Both the position numbers and the translations under genes were made by a program. The notes under the pieces are model-generated. The model saw only the letters and a list, made by a program, of their open reading frames with translations, had not been told where the DNA came from and made no database searches. DNA of 32,000 nucleotides, from assembly GCF_003382565.3 (NCBI RefSeq), contig NZ_CP086253.1, positions 372,519 to 404,518 of the forward strand, given 5' to 3'. This document shows positions 20,789 through 30,545 of this stretch, piece after piece (within the stretch, counting starts at the first letter, position 1; every line of letters begins with the position of its first letter). This DNA is from Pectobacterium aquaticum (GTDB lineage Bacteria; Pseudomonadota; Gammaproteobacteria; Enterobacterales; Enterobacteriaceae).

Positions 20789-22927
20789 TCACCCCAGTTG
20801 ACCGTTGCCTAAGTGCTTGATTCGACGCTTCACTTCTTCCTGCTTACCGGCGTTGAACGGGCGTGCATCCGGGCTGCCGAGGTAGCCGCACACGCGGCGC
20901 GTGACGGAAACGCGGGCCGAATCGTGGTTGCCGCATTTCGGGCAGGTGAAGCCTTTGCTGGTGCACTCGAATTCACCGGTAAAGCCACACTCATAGCATT
21001 CGTCGATCGGCGTGTTGGTGCCGTAGTAAGGCACGCGGCTGTAGCTGTAATCCCACACGTCTTCCAGCGCTTTGAGGTTGTGTTGCAGGTTCGGGTATTC
21101 GCCGTAGCAAATGAACCCACCGTTAGCCAGCGGCGGATAGGGCAGCTCGAAGTCGATTTTCTGGTAAGGGTTCACCTTCTTCTCCACATCAAGATGGAAG
21201 CTGTTGGTGTAATACCCTTTGTCCGTCACGCCCTGCACGACGCCAAACTCGGCGGTATCCAGACGGCAGAAGCGGTCGCACAGGTTTTCACTCGGCGTGC
21301 TGTACAGGCTGAAGCCATAGCCCGTTTCGTCTTTCCACTGTTCGGTGGCGGCTTTCAGGCGAGTGATAACGGCCACGGCTTTGGCACGCAGCGCTTCGTT
21401 ATCAAACACGTGCGTTTGGCTACCGAAGAGGGCGTTAATCGTTTCATGCAGGCCGATGTAACCCAGTGAAATCGAGGCGCGCCCATTCTTGAAGATGTCC
21501 GCAATGCAGTCGTCCGCTTTTAAACGCACGCCGCACGCGCCTTCCATATACAGGATGGGTGCGACGCGGGCTTTCACGTTTTCCAGCCGCGCAATGCGCG
21601 TCATCAGTGCTTTCTTCGCCAGCGTCAGACGCTGATCGAGCAGCGTCCAGAAGCGGGTTTCGCTGCCTTCTGCCTCCAGCGCGATGCGCGGCAGGTTCAG
21701 GCTGATCACACCTAAGTTATTGCGGCCGTCGTGAATCTGCTGGCCGTTCTCTTCATAAACGCCGAGGAAGCTGCGGCAGCCCATTGGCGTTTTAAACGAA
21801 CCGGTGACGTTCACGACCTGATCGTAATTCAGAATATCCGGGTACATGCGCTTGCTGGCGCACTCCAGCGCGAGCTGTTTGATATCGTAATTTGGATCGC
21901 CCGCTTTGTGGTTCAGACCGTCGCGAATCGCAAAGACCAGTTTCGGGAATACCGCCGTTTTGTGGTTTTTACCCAGCCCGGCAATGCGGTTGCGTAGGAT
22001 CGATTCCTGAATCAGACGCGATTCCCAACTGACGCCGAGCCCGAAACCAAAGGTCACGAACGGCGTCTGGCCATTAGCGGTGTGCAGCGTGTTGACTTCG
22101 TATTCCAGTGACTGGAAGGCGTCGTAGCACTCTTTTTCCGTGCGGGTTAAGGCATAGTTTTCCGCATCGGGAATCTGCCACTCTTCTGCCACCGCTTTGT
22201 GTTTCGCATGGCTGGCGGTGACGAACGGCGCCAGAATTTCATCAATACGGTTAATCGTGGTACCGCCATAAATGTGGCTGGCGACCTGCGCGATAATCTG
22301 CGCGGTGACGGCGGTCGCGGTTGAGATTGACTTCGGTGGCTCAATCTCCGCATTACCCATTTTGAAGCCGTTGGTCAGCATGCCATCCAGGTCGATCAGC
22401 ATGCAGTTAAACATCGGGAAAAAAGGCGAGTAGTCGAGGTCGTGATAGTGAATCTCACCGCGCTCGTGCGCCAATACCACATCACGCGGCAGGATGTACT
22501 GTTTGGCGTAATGCTTGGCGACAATGCCGGCCAGCAGGTCGCGCTGGGTGGGAATCACTTTACTGTCTTTGTTGGCGTTTTCGTTCAGCAGCGCCATGTT
22601 GCTCTGCTCAACCAGACCGCGAATTTCCTGATTCAGACGACCGTGGCGTTCACGCGCAATATCGCGGTCATGGCGATATTCGATGTAGGTACGCGCCAGT
22701 TTTTTGTAATTGCCGGACATCAACAGGTTTTCGACCGCGTCCTGAATATCGCGGATATCTACGCGCGATTTATCCTGCATTTGTTGAGCGACCGCACAGG
22801 CCACCGTTGCGCAGTAGTCTGCATCGTTGATACCCGCCGCATGTGCCGCGCGTTCGACTGCCTCTTTGATACGCACTTCATCAAAAGGCACCTGGCAACC
22901 GTCCCGTTTAATCACGACTGGTTTCAC
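20789..22927 (-). CDS. nrdD: Anaerobic ribonucleoside-triphosphate reductase (class III, glycyl radical)
   Basis: 712 aa. It has an ATP-cone N-terminus (VIKRDGCQVPFDEVRIKEAVERA), a C-terminal Zn-ribbon CxxC...CPKCG, and the glycyl-radical motif TRRVCGYLG. Confidence 0.98.
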   Translation of the reverse strand: MKPVVIKRDGCQVPFDEVRIKEAVERAAHAAGINDADYCATVACAVAQQMQDKSRVDIRDIQDAVENLLMSGNYKKLARTYIEYRHDRDIARERHGRLNQEIRGLVEQSNMALLNENANKDSKVIPTQRDLLAGIVAKHYAKQYILPRDVVLAHERGEIHYHDLDYSPFFPMFNCMLIDLDGMLTNGFKMGNAEIEPPKSISTATAVTAQIIAQVASHIYGGTTINRIDEILAPFVTASHAKHKAVAEEWQIPDAENYALTRTEKECYDAFQSLEYEVNTLHTANGQTPFVTFGFGLGVSWESRLIQESILRNRIAGLGKNHKTAVFPKLVFAIRDGLNHKAGDPNYDIKQLALECASKRMYPDILNYDQVVNVTGSFKTPMGCRSFLGVYEENGQQIHDGRNNLGVISLNLPRIALEAEGSETRFWTLLDQRLTLAKKALMTRIARLENVKARVAPILYMEGACGVRLKADDCIADIFKNGRASISLGYIGLHETINALFGSQTHVFDNEALRAKAVAVITRLKAATEQWKDETGYGFSLYSTPSENLCDRFCRLDTAEFGVVQGVTDKGYYTNSFHLDVEKKVNPYQKIDFELPYPPLANGGFICYGEYPNLQHNLKALEDVWDYSYSRVPYYGTNTPIDECYECGFTGEFECTSKGFTCPKCGNHDSARVSVTRRVCGYLGSPDARPFNAGKQEEVKRRIKHLGNGQLG

Positions 22928-23012
22928 GTTTTCTTCCTCTGGAAAGGTTATCCACAGGCGAAAACCGTAACTGGCAAGGGTTACAGGGGGCTGTGGATGA
23001 CATTGTGGATAA

Positions 23013-23059
23013 ACACTATATGTAGTTCATGTTTACAGGATAGGCACTATATATTGAAA
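23013..23059. promoter_or_regulatory. Two NrdR boxes upstream of nrdD
   Basis: ACACTATATGTAGTTC (23013-23028) and GCACTATATATTGAAA (23044-23059) fit the NrdR consensus acaCwAtATaTwGtgt at about 13/16 and 12/16 positions. They are spaced 31 bp apart, the typical tandem arrangement. Confidence 0.65.
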
Positions 23060-23095
23060 TTGCGTCGGGGTGTTTGCGCTTTTATCGCTGTAAAA

Positions 23096-23109
23096 TTGAT
23101 GTAGAGCAA
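23096..23109. promoter_or_regulatory. FNR-type site upstream of nrdD
   Basis: TTGAT-GTAG-AGCAA matches the consensus TTGATnnnnATCAA at 9/10 positions. A weaker second candidate, TTGAGCCTGAACAA, is at 23134-23147. nrdDG is FNR-activated in E. coli. Confidence 0.5.
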
Positions 23110-23275
23110 AGAAACCCTCATGTCGCGGGGAATTTGAGCCTGAACAAAAAATAGTCAAAAAAGGCGATGAGACTGGGAAGGCTTGCTACACGCGGCCTGG
23201 CGGAAATTCGTTGTTTTTTTGACCGTGATGTGCGCTGGGAATGTCAATAATGTTGTTGTGGTGAAAGAAAGAACT

Positions 23276-23306
23276 GAAAAAAAGCGCATCGGTTACCGTG
23301 CGCTTT
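23276..23306 (-). terminator. Rho-independent terminator after ridA
   Basis: The minus strand reads AAAGCGCACGGTAACCGATGCGCTTTTTTTTT: a GC stem with one bulge followed by 8 U. It lies about 25 nt after the ridA stop. Confidence 0.75.
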
Positions 23307-23327
23307 GTAGGGATATTGCGGTGATAT

Positions 23328-23714
23328 TTAGCGACGAACGGCGATCGCTTCGATTTCAATCTTCACGTCTTTTGGCAGGCGTGCAACTTCAACGCAAGAG
23401 CGAGCCGGGAACGGCGCGCTATGTTCGTTGAAGAAGGCTTCATACGCGGTGTTCACGAGAGCGAAATCGTGCAGGTCTTTCACGAACACGGTCATTTTCA
23501 CGATATCGGAAACTTTCAGGCCAGCGGCTTCCACAATCGCCTGAACGTTTTCCAGTGACTGACGCGTCTGAGCGGTGATGTTATCTGCCACCAGGCCGCT
23601 TTTCGGGTTCACGGGGATCTGGCCGGACGTGAAGATCATGCTGCCAAGGTCGACGCCCTGAACATAAGGGCCGATGGCGGCTGGGGCGTGCTCAGTGCTG
23701 ATAATGCGTGACAT
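23328..23714 (-). CDS. ridA: Enamine/imine deaminase RidA (YjgF/YER057c/UK114 family)
   Basis: 128 aa from the ATG at 23714 (SD AGGAG). MSRIISTEHAPAAIGPYVQGVDLGSMIFTSGQIPVNPK...ARSCVEVARLPKDVKIEIEAIAVRR matches E. coli RidA. The track's longer start at 23759 has no homology support. Confidence 0.95.
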   Translation of the reverse strand: MSRIISTEHAPAAIGPYVQGVDLGSMIFTSGQIPVNPKSGLVADNITAQTRQSLENVQAIVEAAGLKVSDIVKMTVFVKDLHDFALVNTAYEAFFNEHSAPFPARSCVEVARLPKDVKIEIEAIAVRR

Positions 23715-23764
23715 GGTATCTCCTTGATGGGGGCGTAAAAGAAACGCGGACGCCGCCATTATTC

Positions 23765-23801
23765 AAAAAAGCCCCGCCACAGGCAATGTTCATCGCGGGG
23801 C
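23765..23801 (-). terminator. Hairpin plus U-tract between pyrI and ridA
   Basis: The minus strand reads GCCCCGC, a 17-nt loop, GCGGGGC, then TTTTTT, starting about 12 nt after the pyrI stop. Confidence 0.5.
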
Positions 23802-23812
23802 AATGCAGAAAA

Positions 23813-24292
<480 letters not shown>

Positions 24293-25228
24293 TTACAGAA
24301 CCAGTTCGCGATTCAGGACCAGCGCCAGCAGCGCCTGACGGGCGTAGATTCCGTTGCCTGCCTGTTGGAAATAATAGGCGTAAGGCGTGGCATCCACATC
24401 AATGGTGATCTCATCAACGCGCGGCAGCGGGTGCAGCACTTTCAAATTCGGGCGGGCGCTGTGCAGGTCGGCGGCGCGCAGGACAAACTGGGATTTGATG
24501 TTGATGTATTCAGACGGATCCAGACGCTCTTTCTGCACGCGCGTCATGTACAGAATATCCAGCTCGCCGACGACATCGTCGATGCTGTTGTGCAGACTGT
24601 AAGCAATATTCTTCTCTTTCAGCATGCTCAGAATGTAGTCCGGCATCGCCAGCGCGTCCGGGGCGATGAAGTAGAAGCGATTGCCTTCAAACTTCGCCAG
24701 CGCCTGCGTGAGTGAATGTACGGTGCGGCCATATTTCAAATCACCGACCATCGCGATATTGATGTTATTCAGCCGGCCCTGCGTTTCCTGAATGGTGAAC
24801 AAATCGAGCAGCGTCTGCGTCGGGTGCTGGTTCGCGCCGTCGCCAGCGTTCAGAATCGGAATACCGCCGGAGAACTCGGTCGCCAGGCGGGAAGCGCCTT
24901 CCTGTGGGTGACGCATCACGATGGCATCCACGTATTGGCTGATGACGGAAATGGTGTCGGCCAGCGTTTCGCCTTTTTTCCCCAACGACGTGTTGTTGCT
25001 GTCAGCGAAACCGACGACGGAGGCGCCGAGGCGATGCATCGCGGTTTCAAAGGATAAACGCGTCCGGGTTGAGGCCTCGAAGAAGCAACTGGCAATCACT
25101 TTATGTTTCAACAACTCAGGCTGAGGCTTGGCTTTCAGGCTGGCGGCGACACGCAACGCCAGTTCCAAATCTTCCCGACTGAGGTCGTTAATCGAAATAA
25201 TATGTTTTTGATAGAGCGGATTGACCAT
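24293..25228 (-). CDS. pyrB: Aspartate carbamoyltransferase catalytic subunit
   Basis: 311 aa. [17 protein letters not shown], and HPLPRVDEI motifs; colinear with E. coli PyrB. Confidence 0.98.
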   Translation of the reverse strand: MVNPLYQKHIISINDLSREDLELALRVAASLKAKPQPELLKHKVIASCFFEASTRTRLSFETAMHRLGASVVGFADSNNTSLGKKGETLADTISVISQYVDAIVMRHPQEGASRLATEFSGGIPILNAGDGANQHPTQTLLDLFTIQETQGRLNNINIAMVGDLKYGRTVHSLTQALAKFEGNRFYFIAPDALAMPDYILSMLKEKNIAYSLHNSIDDVVGELDILYMTRVQKERLDPSEYINIKSQFVLRAADLHSARPNLKVLHPLPRVDEITIDVDATPYAYYFQQAGNGIYARQALLALVLNRELVL

Positions 25229-25288
25229 GTTGCCTTTCTCCTAACGAGTAAACAGGAAATGTCGTATCTGGCTGCCCAGATTGTGGGC

Positions 25289-25317
25289 CAAAAAAAAGCC
25301 CCTCATTGAGGGGCTTT
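25289..25317 (-). terminator. pyrBI transcriptional attenuator hairpin
   Basis: The minus strand reads AAAGCCCCTC-AAT-GAGGGGCTTT followed by TTTTTTTT, between pyrL and pyrB. The pyrL stop codon lies inside the hairpin, as in the E. coli UTP-sensitive attenuator. Confidence 0.85.
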
Positions 25318-25425
25318 CTTCATTGAATCATTGAGCAACGGAAAGGAAAACGCTAGCTGGCTGCCGGATGGCAGTTGTGGTTGAGAACCAACATAAGCAG
25401 CGGATTTTTTGGTGTAACGGCGCAT
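25303..25425 (-). CDS. pyrL: pyrBI operon leader peptide
   Basis: My translation gives MRRYTKKSAAYVGSQPQLPSGSQLAFSFPLLNDSMKKAPQ(stop), 40 aa. FSFPLL recalls FFFPLI of E. coli PyrL. The ORF ends in the attenuator stem. It is too short to appear in the ORF track. Confidence 0.6.
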   Translation of the reverse strand: MRRYTKKSAAYVGSQPQLPSGSQLAFSFPLLNDSMKKAPQ

Positions 25426-25575
25426 GACCCCTCCCAGCAAACTGTCGGGAATTATACGCGCCGACTAGGCTATTTCAAGCAGAAAACGTGGTTTTTTACG
25501 TATCGCAATCGGTTGCGGGTCGCGTGCTGTGTGCATAACGTTCGTCAGTGAAAGAAGGCCGATGGGGAAGAGTGA

Positions 25576-26142
<567 letters not shown>

Positions 26143-26174
26143 GATTGCTGTGAACAAGGACGTTCAATCATAAA

Positions 26175-26579
26175 ATGGAGAAAATAATGGCAATAATTCC
26201 TCAGATGCCCGCTGGTGGTTTTCCTCTTCTGCTTAAAAATCTCTATGAGGCTCGCAGAAATGGTATGCCACGGAGTATGGCTGTTCCGCAGACCTACTAT
26301 TGGTTTTATCAGCAGGTTCGTAATGGTGGCCCGTGGGATTACAAGCAGCGTGATCGTTCGCTGGCTAACTTCGGTAATTTTAATTACGGTGCGGCGGGTA
26401 CGGCTGCGGGAATTATGCCAAATATATTGTTGATGGGAGCTGGCTGGGCCCAGAGTCGGGCAGGCACTTCTCGACCTGACTGGGGATATTGGTATCATCG
26501 GCTACCCTATGGTGATGATCCACGCGATCAGTTCTGGATTCAACAAGGAATAGACTATGCACGCCAGCACGGCTATTAA
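26175..26579 (+). CDS. Stand-alone small toxin-domain protein resembling the polymorphic toxin type 44 (Ntox44) family
   Basis: 134 aa. VRNGGPWDYKQRD...FGNFNYGAAGTAAGI...LLMGAGWAQSRAGTS...WGYW...PYGDDPRDQFWIQQGIDY matches my recollection of the toxin-44 motif pattern (GG.WDYK / FGNFNYGA.G / AG.AQ / YGDDP.D..I..GI). An alternative start at ATG 26187 has a better SD (GGAG). I see no N-terminal delivery domain. The family call is unverified. Confidence 0.6.
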   Translation: MEKIMAIIPQMPAGGFPLLLKNLYEARRNGMPRSMAVPQTYYWFYQQVRNGGPWDYKQRDRSLANFGNFNYGAAGTAAGIMPNILLMGAGWAQSRAGTSRPDWGYWYHRLPYGDDPRDQFWIQQGIDYARQHGY

Positions 26580-27000
26580 GTGGGGGCATCGTTTATTGAC
26601 AGCGGTACTGCTCGTTGCTGTCGTCGGTTTCTGTATGATTCAGTTCTTATCATCTGGCCGCTATAATGATCGGCTTTACAGCCAAAAACCGCTTACTGAT
26701 AAAATCTGGCTCTATGTGACCCAGTACCAGAATGCTGGCGCGACGGATTCTGACGTTTATCGCTACTATCTTTACCGTCATATTGATGGCGATCCAATGA
26801 ACGTACTTGGCGATTCTGCGCCATTTCTGACGGCAGACCGTAGCGACGTGTCAGTTTCCGGAGTGGGGAGCCGTATTACGGTCAAAATGACAGGCAAAAT
26901 TTATTCATTTAGCAATTCATCATTTTTTTATGACGGTAAAATGCCAGTCATGCCTACGATTGATATTGATGCAAAAGGGATCAATGCTTGGAGAGAGTAG
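26557..27000 (+). CDS. Putative cognate immunity protein, N-terminal membrane anchor (147 aa)
   Basis: It overlaps the toxin-like gene by 23 nt. It has a single N-terminal hydrophobic helix (LLTAVLLVAVVGFCMIQFL) followed by a soluble domain. I recognise no family. The role is inferred from gene arrangement only. Confidence 0.5.
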   Translation: MHASTAIKWGHRLLTAVLLVAVVGFCMIQFLSSGRYNDRLYSQKPLTDKIWLYVTQYQNAGATDSDVYRYYLYRHIDGDPMNVLGDSAPFLTADRSDVSVSGVGSRITVKMTGKIYSFSNSSFFYDGKMPVMPTIDIDAKGINAWRE

Positions 27001-27091
27001 CGGCTTGTTTCAATATGCAGAATTAAGGCAAGAATCGTGTTTTCTGTGGTTCAGCAACAAAAACTATTACTGTTTTGAGCGATGAAACAGT

Positions 27092-27128
27092 CTGCCTCTG
27101 ATCTGTTTTTAAAACATCTCAGAGGCAG
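27092..27128. terminator. Hairpin between the convergent immunity-like gene and argI (possibly a bidirectional terminator)
   Basis: CTGCCTCTGA, a 17-nt AT-rich loop (TCTGTTTTTAAAACATC), then TCAGAGGCAG: a 10-bp perfect stem. It lies 9 nt beyond the argI stop. Confidence 0.55.
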
Positions 27129-27136
27129 GTTAAACC

Positions 27137-28144
27137 TTAATCCTGTACCAGCGTAGCGACCATCACCGCTTTGATGGTGTGCATGCGGTTTTCCGCCTGA
27201 TCGAACACGATGCTGTGCGCGGATTCAAAGACCTCATCCGTGACTTCCATTCCACCGTGCAGACCATATTGCTCCGCCATTTGTTGGCCCATCGTCGTCT
27301 GATCGTCGTGGAACGCAGGCAGGCAGTGCAGGAACTTCACCTGCGGATTGCCCGTCTCGGCGATCATTGCCATGTTCACCTGATACGGTTTCAGCAGCGC
27401 GATACGCTCTTTCCAGGTCTCTTTCGGTTCCCCCATAGAAACCCAGACATCGGTATAAATGAAATCTGCGCCCGCGACGCCCGCAGCGATATCTTCCGTC
27501 AGCGTGATGCTGCCACCAGTTTGTTCTGCCGCCGCCTGACACTCAGCCACCAGACCAGCATCCGGCCAGCAGGCTTTTGGTGCCACAAGACGTAAATCCA
27601 GCCCAGTTAATGCCGCTGCTTCCAGCATGGTATTACCCATATTGTTGCGTGCATCACCGACATAGACGAGCGTCATCTCTGACAGCGATTTACTCGGCAA
27701 ATGTTCCTGCATCGTCAGCAGATCTGCCAGCAGTTGCGTAGGGTGGAATTCGTTCGTCAGCCCGTTCCAGACCGGCACGCCCGCGTATTGCGCCAGCGTT
27801 TCGACAATTTGCTGGCCGTAGCCGCGATATTGAATACCGTCGTACATTCTTCCCAGTACGCGTGCAGTATCCTTGATGGATTCTTTATGGCCGATTTGGC
27901 TGCCGCTTGGGCCGAGGTAGGTCACTTGCGCGCCCTGATCGTATGCAGCAACTTCGAAAGAGCAGCGAGTACGAGTCGAATCTTTTTCGAAGATGAGTGC
28001 GATGTTTTTACCTTGTAGGCGGCGGGCTTCTGTCCCGTTTTTTTTGTCGGCTTTCAGTTTCGTTGACAGGGCTAAAAGATTGGCAATTTCTGCGGGTGTA
28101 AAATCCATTAACCTTAAAAAGTGACGCTTATAGAACGGTTGCAT
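27137..28144 (-). CDS. argI: Ornithine carbamoyltransferase
   Basis: 335 aa from the ATG at 28144 (SD GGAGAGG). [20 protein letters not shown]...[13 protein letters not shown]...HPTQ...HCLPAFHD is colinear with E. coli ArgI. The track's longer start at 28183 would run into the ERIC element. Confidence 0.96.
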   Translation of the reverse strand: MQPFYKRHFLRLMDFTPAEIANLLALSTKLKADKKNGTEARRLQGKNIALIFEKDSTRTRCSFEVAAYDQGAQVTYLGPSGSQIGHKESIKDTARVLGRMYDGIQYRGYGQQIVETLAQYAGVPVWNGLTNEFHPTQLLADLLTMQEHLPSKSLSEMTLVYVGDARNNMGNTMLEAAALTGLDLRLVAPKACWPDAGLVAECQAAAEQTGGSITLTEDIAAGVAGADFIYTDVWVSMGEPKETWKERIALLKPYQVNMAMIAETGNPQVKFLHCLPAFHDDQTTMGQQMAEQYGLHGGMEVTDEVFESAHSIVFDQAENRMHTIKAVMVATLVQD

Positions 28145-28170
28145 GATGTACCTCTCCATGTGGCTCAACA

Positions 28171-28299
28171 CTATCCCCGTCATACTTCAAGCTGCATGTG
28201 CGTTGGCTTCTCTTACTCACCCCAGTCACTTACTTGAGTAAGCTCCTGAGGATTCGTGCGATTGCCGCCTTCCTGCAACTCGAATTATCTAGGGTATAT
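28171..28299. repeat. ERIC / IRU element (full length, about 129 bp)
   Basis: It contains CTCACCCCAGTCACTTACTT (complement of the ERIC2 primer site AAGTAAGTGACTGGGGTGAG) and GTAAGCTCCTGAGGATTC (the ERIC1R site with one mismatch). The ends are CTATCCCCGTCATACTTCAAG... and ...CTCGAATTATCTAGGGTATAT. Confidence 0.88.
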
Positions 28300-28322
28300 C
28301 TATCGGATTAAAAGCTATTCAT

Positions 28323-28357
28323 TGAATTAAAATTCACTTTATATGTGTAATTATTCA
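28323..28357. promoter_or_regulatory. Tandem ARG boxes (ArgR operator) of argI
   Basis: TGAATTAAAATTCA (28323-28336) is a perfect core. TGTGTAATTATTCA (28344-28357) starts 21 bp later, the canonical two-box spacing. Confidence 0.8.
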
Positions 28358-28449
28358 AATTCAAGTGGTGATATCAAACTTTGTGGTGGAGCAAGCCGCA
28401 GGGCTGTGGGACAATAAGTAATATTACGTCGTTTAATGAGGACTGAGGC

Positions 28450-28875
28450 ATGGCAAACCGCGAATTACTGGAAGAGCAACGGGAAGAGACACGCCTGATC
28501 ATTGAAGAACTGCTGGATGATGGCAGCGATCCTGACGCGCTCTATACCATTGAACACCATTTCTCTGCTGAGAAGTTTGAAGTGTTGGAAAAAGTCGCTG
28601 TAGAAGCCTTCAAGTTGGGTTATGAAGTGACGGATGCGGAAGAACTCGAAGTGGAAGATGGCGTCTTGCTGATGTGCTGCGATGCCATCAGTGAAGTTGC
28701 GCTGAAGGCGGAGCTGATCGACGCACAGGTAGAACAGCTGCTGGCGTTGGCAGAACGCCACGGCGTGAATTACGACGGATGGGGCACCTACTTCGAAGAT
28801 CCTGATGGTGAAGGCGAAGAAGACGGGGATGATGAAGATTTCTATGACGAAGATGATGACGGCAAACGCCATTAA
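28450..28875 (+). CDS. rraB: Regulator of RNase E activity B
   Basis: 141 aa. ...[57 protein letters not shown]... with an acidic C-terminal tail, as in E. coli RraB/YjgD. Confidence 0.93.
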   Translation: MANRELLEEQREETRLIIEELLDDGSDPDALYTIEHHFSAEKFEVLEKVAVEAFKLGYEVTDAEELEVEDGVLLMCCDAISEVALKAELIDAQVEQLLALAERHGVNYDGWGTYFEDPDGEGEEDGDDEDFYDEDDDGKRH

Positions 28876-28897
28876 TCCTTCGTCGAGCCGTTTGCTG

Positions 28898-28931
28898 AAA
28901 ACGCCGCAGGAAGACACTGCGGCGTTTTTTA
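28898..28931 (+). terminator. Rho-independent terminator after rraB
   Basis: AACGCCGCAG, a 7-nt loop, then CTGCGGCGTT followed by TTTTTATT. Confidence 0.85.
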
Positions 28932-28970
28932 TTCGGTATGACAACGCGTGATTACTGCATCTTAAGCCGA

Positions 28971-29474
28971 TTACAGTACTTTCAACATCGTCACTTCACA
29001 GTCGGTGTGGCCCGTGTTACCCATTGAGTGGGGAATCAGCTCGAAGCCCAGTGACTCATACAGCCGAATTGCGCTGGTCAGGTGCCCGGTTGTTTCCAGA
29101 TAGCAGCGGCGAAAGCCGTGCTGACGCGCAAAATCAAGCGCCTGTATCGCCAACTGACGTGCCAGCCCTTTGCCCCGTACGACGGGTAAGAAATACATTT
29201 TCTGTAATTCACACACATCTTCTTCGCCTGCGACCAGCGGGGCAATGCCGCCACCGCCAACCACGCGGCCTTCATATTCAACCACCCAGTAGGCGCTTTT
29301 CGGCTGGTTATACAGGGCAAACAGCGCGTCCAGATTAGGGTCGGAAACGGTATAGCCTTTATCGGCTGTCAAACCAAATTCAGCAGAAACCTGGCGGATG
29401 ACCTGAGCGATAGCGGCATCGTCCTGCGCAGTGATTGGGCGTACCTGAAGATTGGCGGAGGTCGCGGTTGTCAT
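28971..29474 (-). CDS. yjgM: GNAT-family N-acetyltransferase YjgM
   Basis: 167 aa. [28 protein letters not shown]...[19 protein letters not shown]...[18 protein letters not shown]...CYLETT is colinear with E. coli YjgM. Confidence 0.9.
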   Translation of the reverse strand: MTTATSANLQVRPITAQDDAAIAQVIRQVSAEFGLTADKGYTVSDPNLDALFALYNQPKSAYWVVEYEGRVVGGGGIAPLVAGEEDVCELQKMYFLPVVRGKGLARQLAIQALDFARQHGFRRCYLETTGHLTSAIRLYESLGFELIPHSMGNTGHTDCEVTMLKVL

Positions 29475-29560
29475 AATACGTACTCTTGTTCTTACGGTTT
29501 ACGAGGGGGACTGATCTTAGCCGATTGTAATACCATTTCAGACCACATGGATGCAACGTC

Positions 29561-29638
29561 TATACCCGTCATACTTCATGTTGGCTATGCGTTAACTTCT
29601 TTGCGGGCTTCCTTATTCCTTGTAATTAATAAGTATAT
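29561..29638. repeat. Short (internally deleted) ERIC-like element
   Basis: TATACCCGTCATACTTCATGTTGGCTATGCGTTAAC... matches the left end of the ERIC copy at 28171 (TATCCCCGTCATACTTCAAGCTGCATGTGCGTTGGC). The right end ...CTTCCTTATTCCTTGTAATTAATAAGTATAT resembles ...CCTTCCTGCAACTCGAATTATCTAGGGTATAT. The central ERIC1R/ERIC2 core is absent. Confidence 0.6.
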
Positions 29639-29666
29639 GAACTTGTTTGGTTGCCGTTAACTTTTA

Positions 29667-30536
29667 TTGTTGTCATTTATTCCAATTATTGTAATCCGCA
29701 ACTGGCGTTATGACGCCATTATGTCCAGCTACCGTGGCATCCGTTTTAACTATCATTGCCAGACTGGCCGCGCGTATTGGGTATTACTGCTTTGCCCTAT
29801 TCTGCTGCTGCTGGCGTTTTACGCCGTGTTGGCCGTAGCGCTGTTGATTGGCTCGCAGAGCGATAGCCCGATTCTGATTGGATTCATCGTGCTGGTAATT
29901 GCTATTCCAGGGTTTGCCGCAGTAAACGGCATCATGAAAATGATGCAACTTGATTTTTATGTGAATAACCTGTTCTTCGGCAAAACAGCGTTTAAAGCGG
30001 AATTGACGAAGGCAGCATTTATTAAATTCACCCTCATTAGCCTGCTGATTTTTGTTCCTTTCTTGATCGCGTCGCTGTCATTTATGAGCTCATTCTTTTT
30101 CACGCTGTTCCAAACGATGATGATGGGTGGTGGAAATGAAGAACTCGTGATGATGATGCTGCTGAGCAACATCTTCAATATGGTCATGATGGTTGTCGTG
30201 GCGCTGTTGGGTGTGCTGGTTTCCAGCAGCTATCTAGTGGTCGCACAGCGTAATTATCTGTTTAATCAGACGTCGCTGAATGGCGGTGTGAAATTGCACT
30301 CTTCCATGCAGACGCTGTCTTACATGGGGCTGCTGATAACCAATAGCCTGATCACTATTTTCTCTTTTGGCTGGGCTGCACCGGTGGCAGAGATTCGTCA
30401 CGCGCGCTATATTGCGAATGCGACAGCGGTTGAAGGCGATCTGGCACTGCTGCATGTTCAGGCTCATCAGGACACAGCAAACAGCGCACTGGCCGAAGAA
30501 GCCGTGCAGGCGCTCGATTTGGGTGTCGGTCTCTAA
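29667..30536 (+). CDS. yjgN: DUF898 inner-membrane protein YjgN, apparently lacking the N-terminal ~110 residues present in E. coli YjgN
   Basis: The ORF is 289 aa from TTG 29667; the first in-frame ATG is at 29721. ...RYDAIMSSYRGIRFNYHCQTGRAYWVLLLCPILLLL aligns with the middle of E. coli YjgN as I recall it (LRYQALMTSLNGVRFSFNCSMKGFWWVTFFLPIL). Similarity runs right up to an in-frame TAA at the 5' side. The protein is multi-TM. It may be a truncated gene or a pseudogene. Confidence 0.7.
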   Translation: MLSFIPIIVIRNWRYDAIMSSYRGIRFNYHCQTGRAYWVLLLCPILLLLAFYAVLAVALLIGSQSDSPILIGFIVLVIAIPGFAAVNGIMKMMQLDFYVNNLFFGKTAFKAELTKAAFIKFTLISLLIFVPFLIASLSFMSSFFFTLFQTMMMGGGNEELVMMMLLSNIFNMVMMVVVALLGVLVSSSYLVVAQRNYLFNQTSLNGGVKLHSSMQTLSYMGLLITNSLITIFSFGWAAPVAEIRHARYIANATAVEGDLALLHVQAHQDTANSALAEEAVQALDLGVGL

Positions 30537-30545
30537 GGCAGGAAT

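Noticed and set aside
20813-23104. Long plus-strand ORFs of 218 aa and 220 aa lie antisense to nrdD.
   Set aside because: They overlap the unambiguous nrdD reading frame completely. They have no SD and a low-complexity, Arg/Ala/Val-rich composition typical of antisense frames.
23715-23759. The ORF track gives N-terminal extensions for ridA (start 23759). It does the same for argI (28183), tabA (25621 TTG), cse2 (10722) and the bactofilin gene (2899).
   Set aside because: Homology to the E. coli proteins begins at the internal starts, each of which has a proper SD. The argI extension would run into the ERIC repeat, and the bactofilin extension overlaps a better small ORF.
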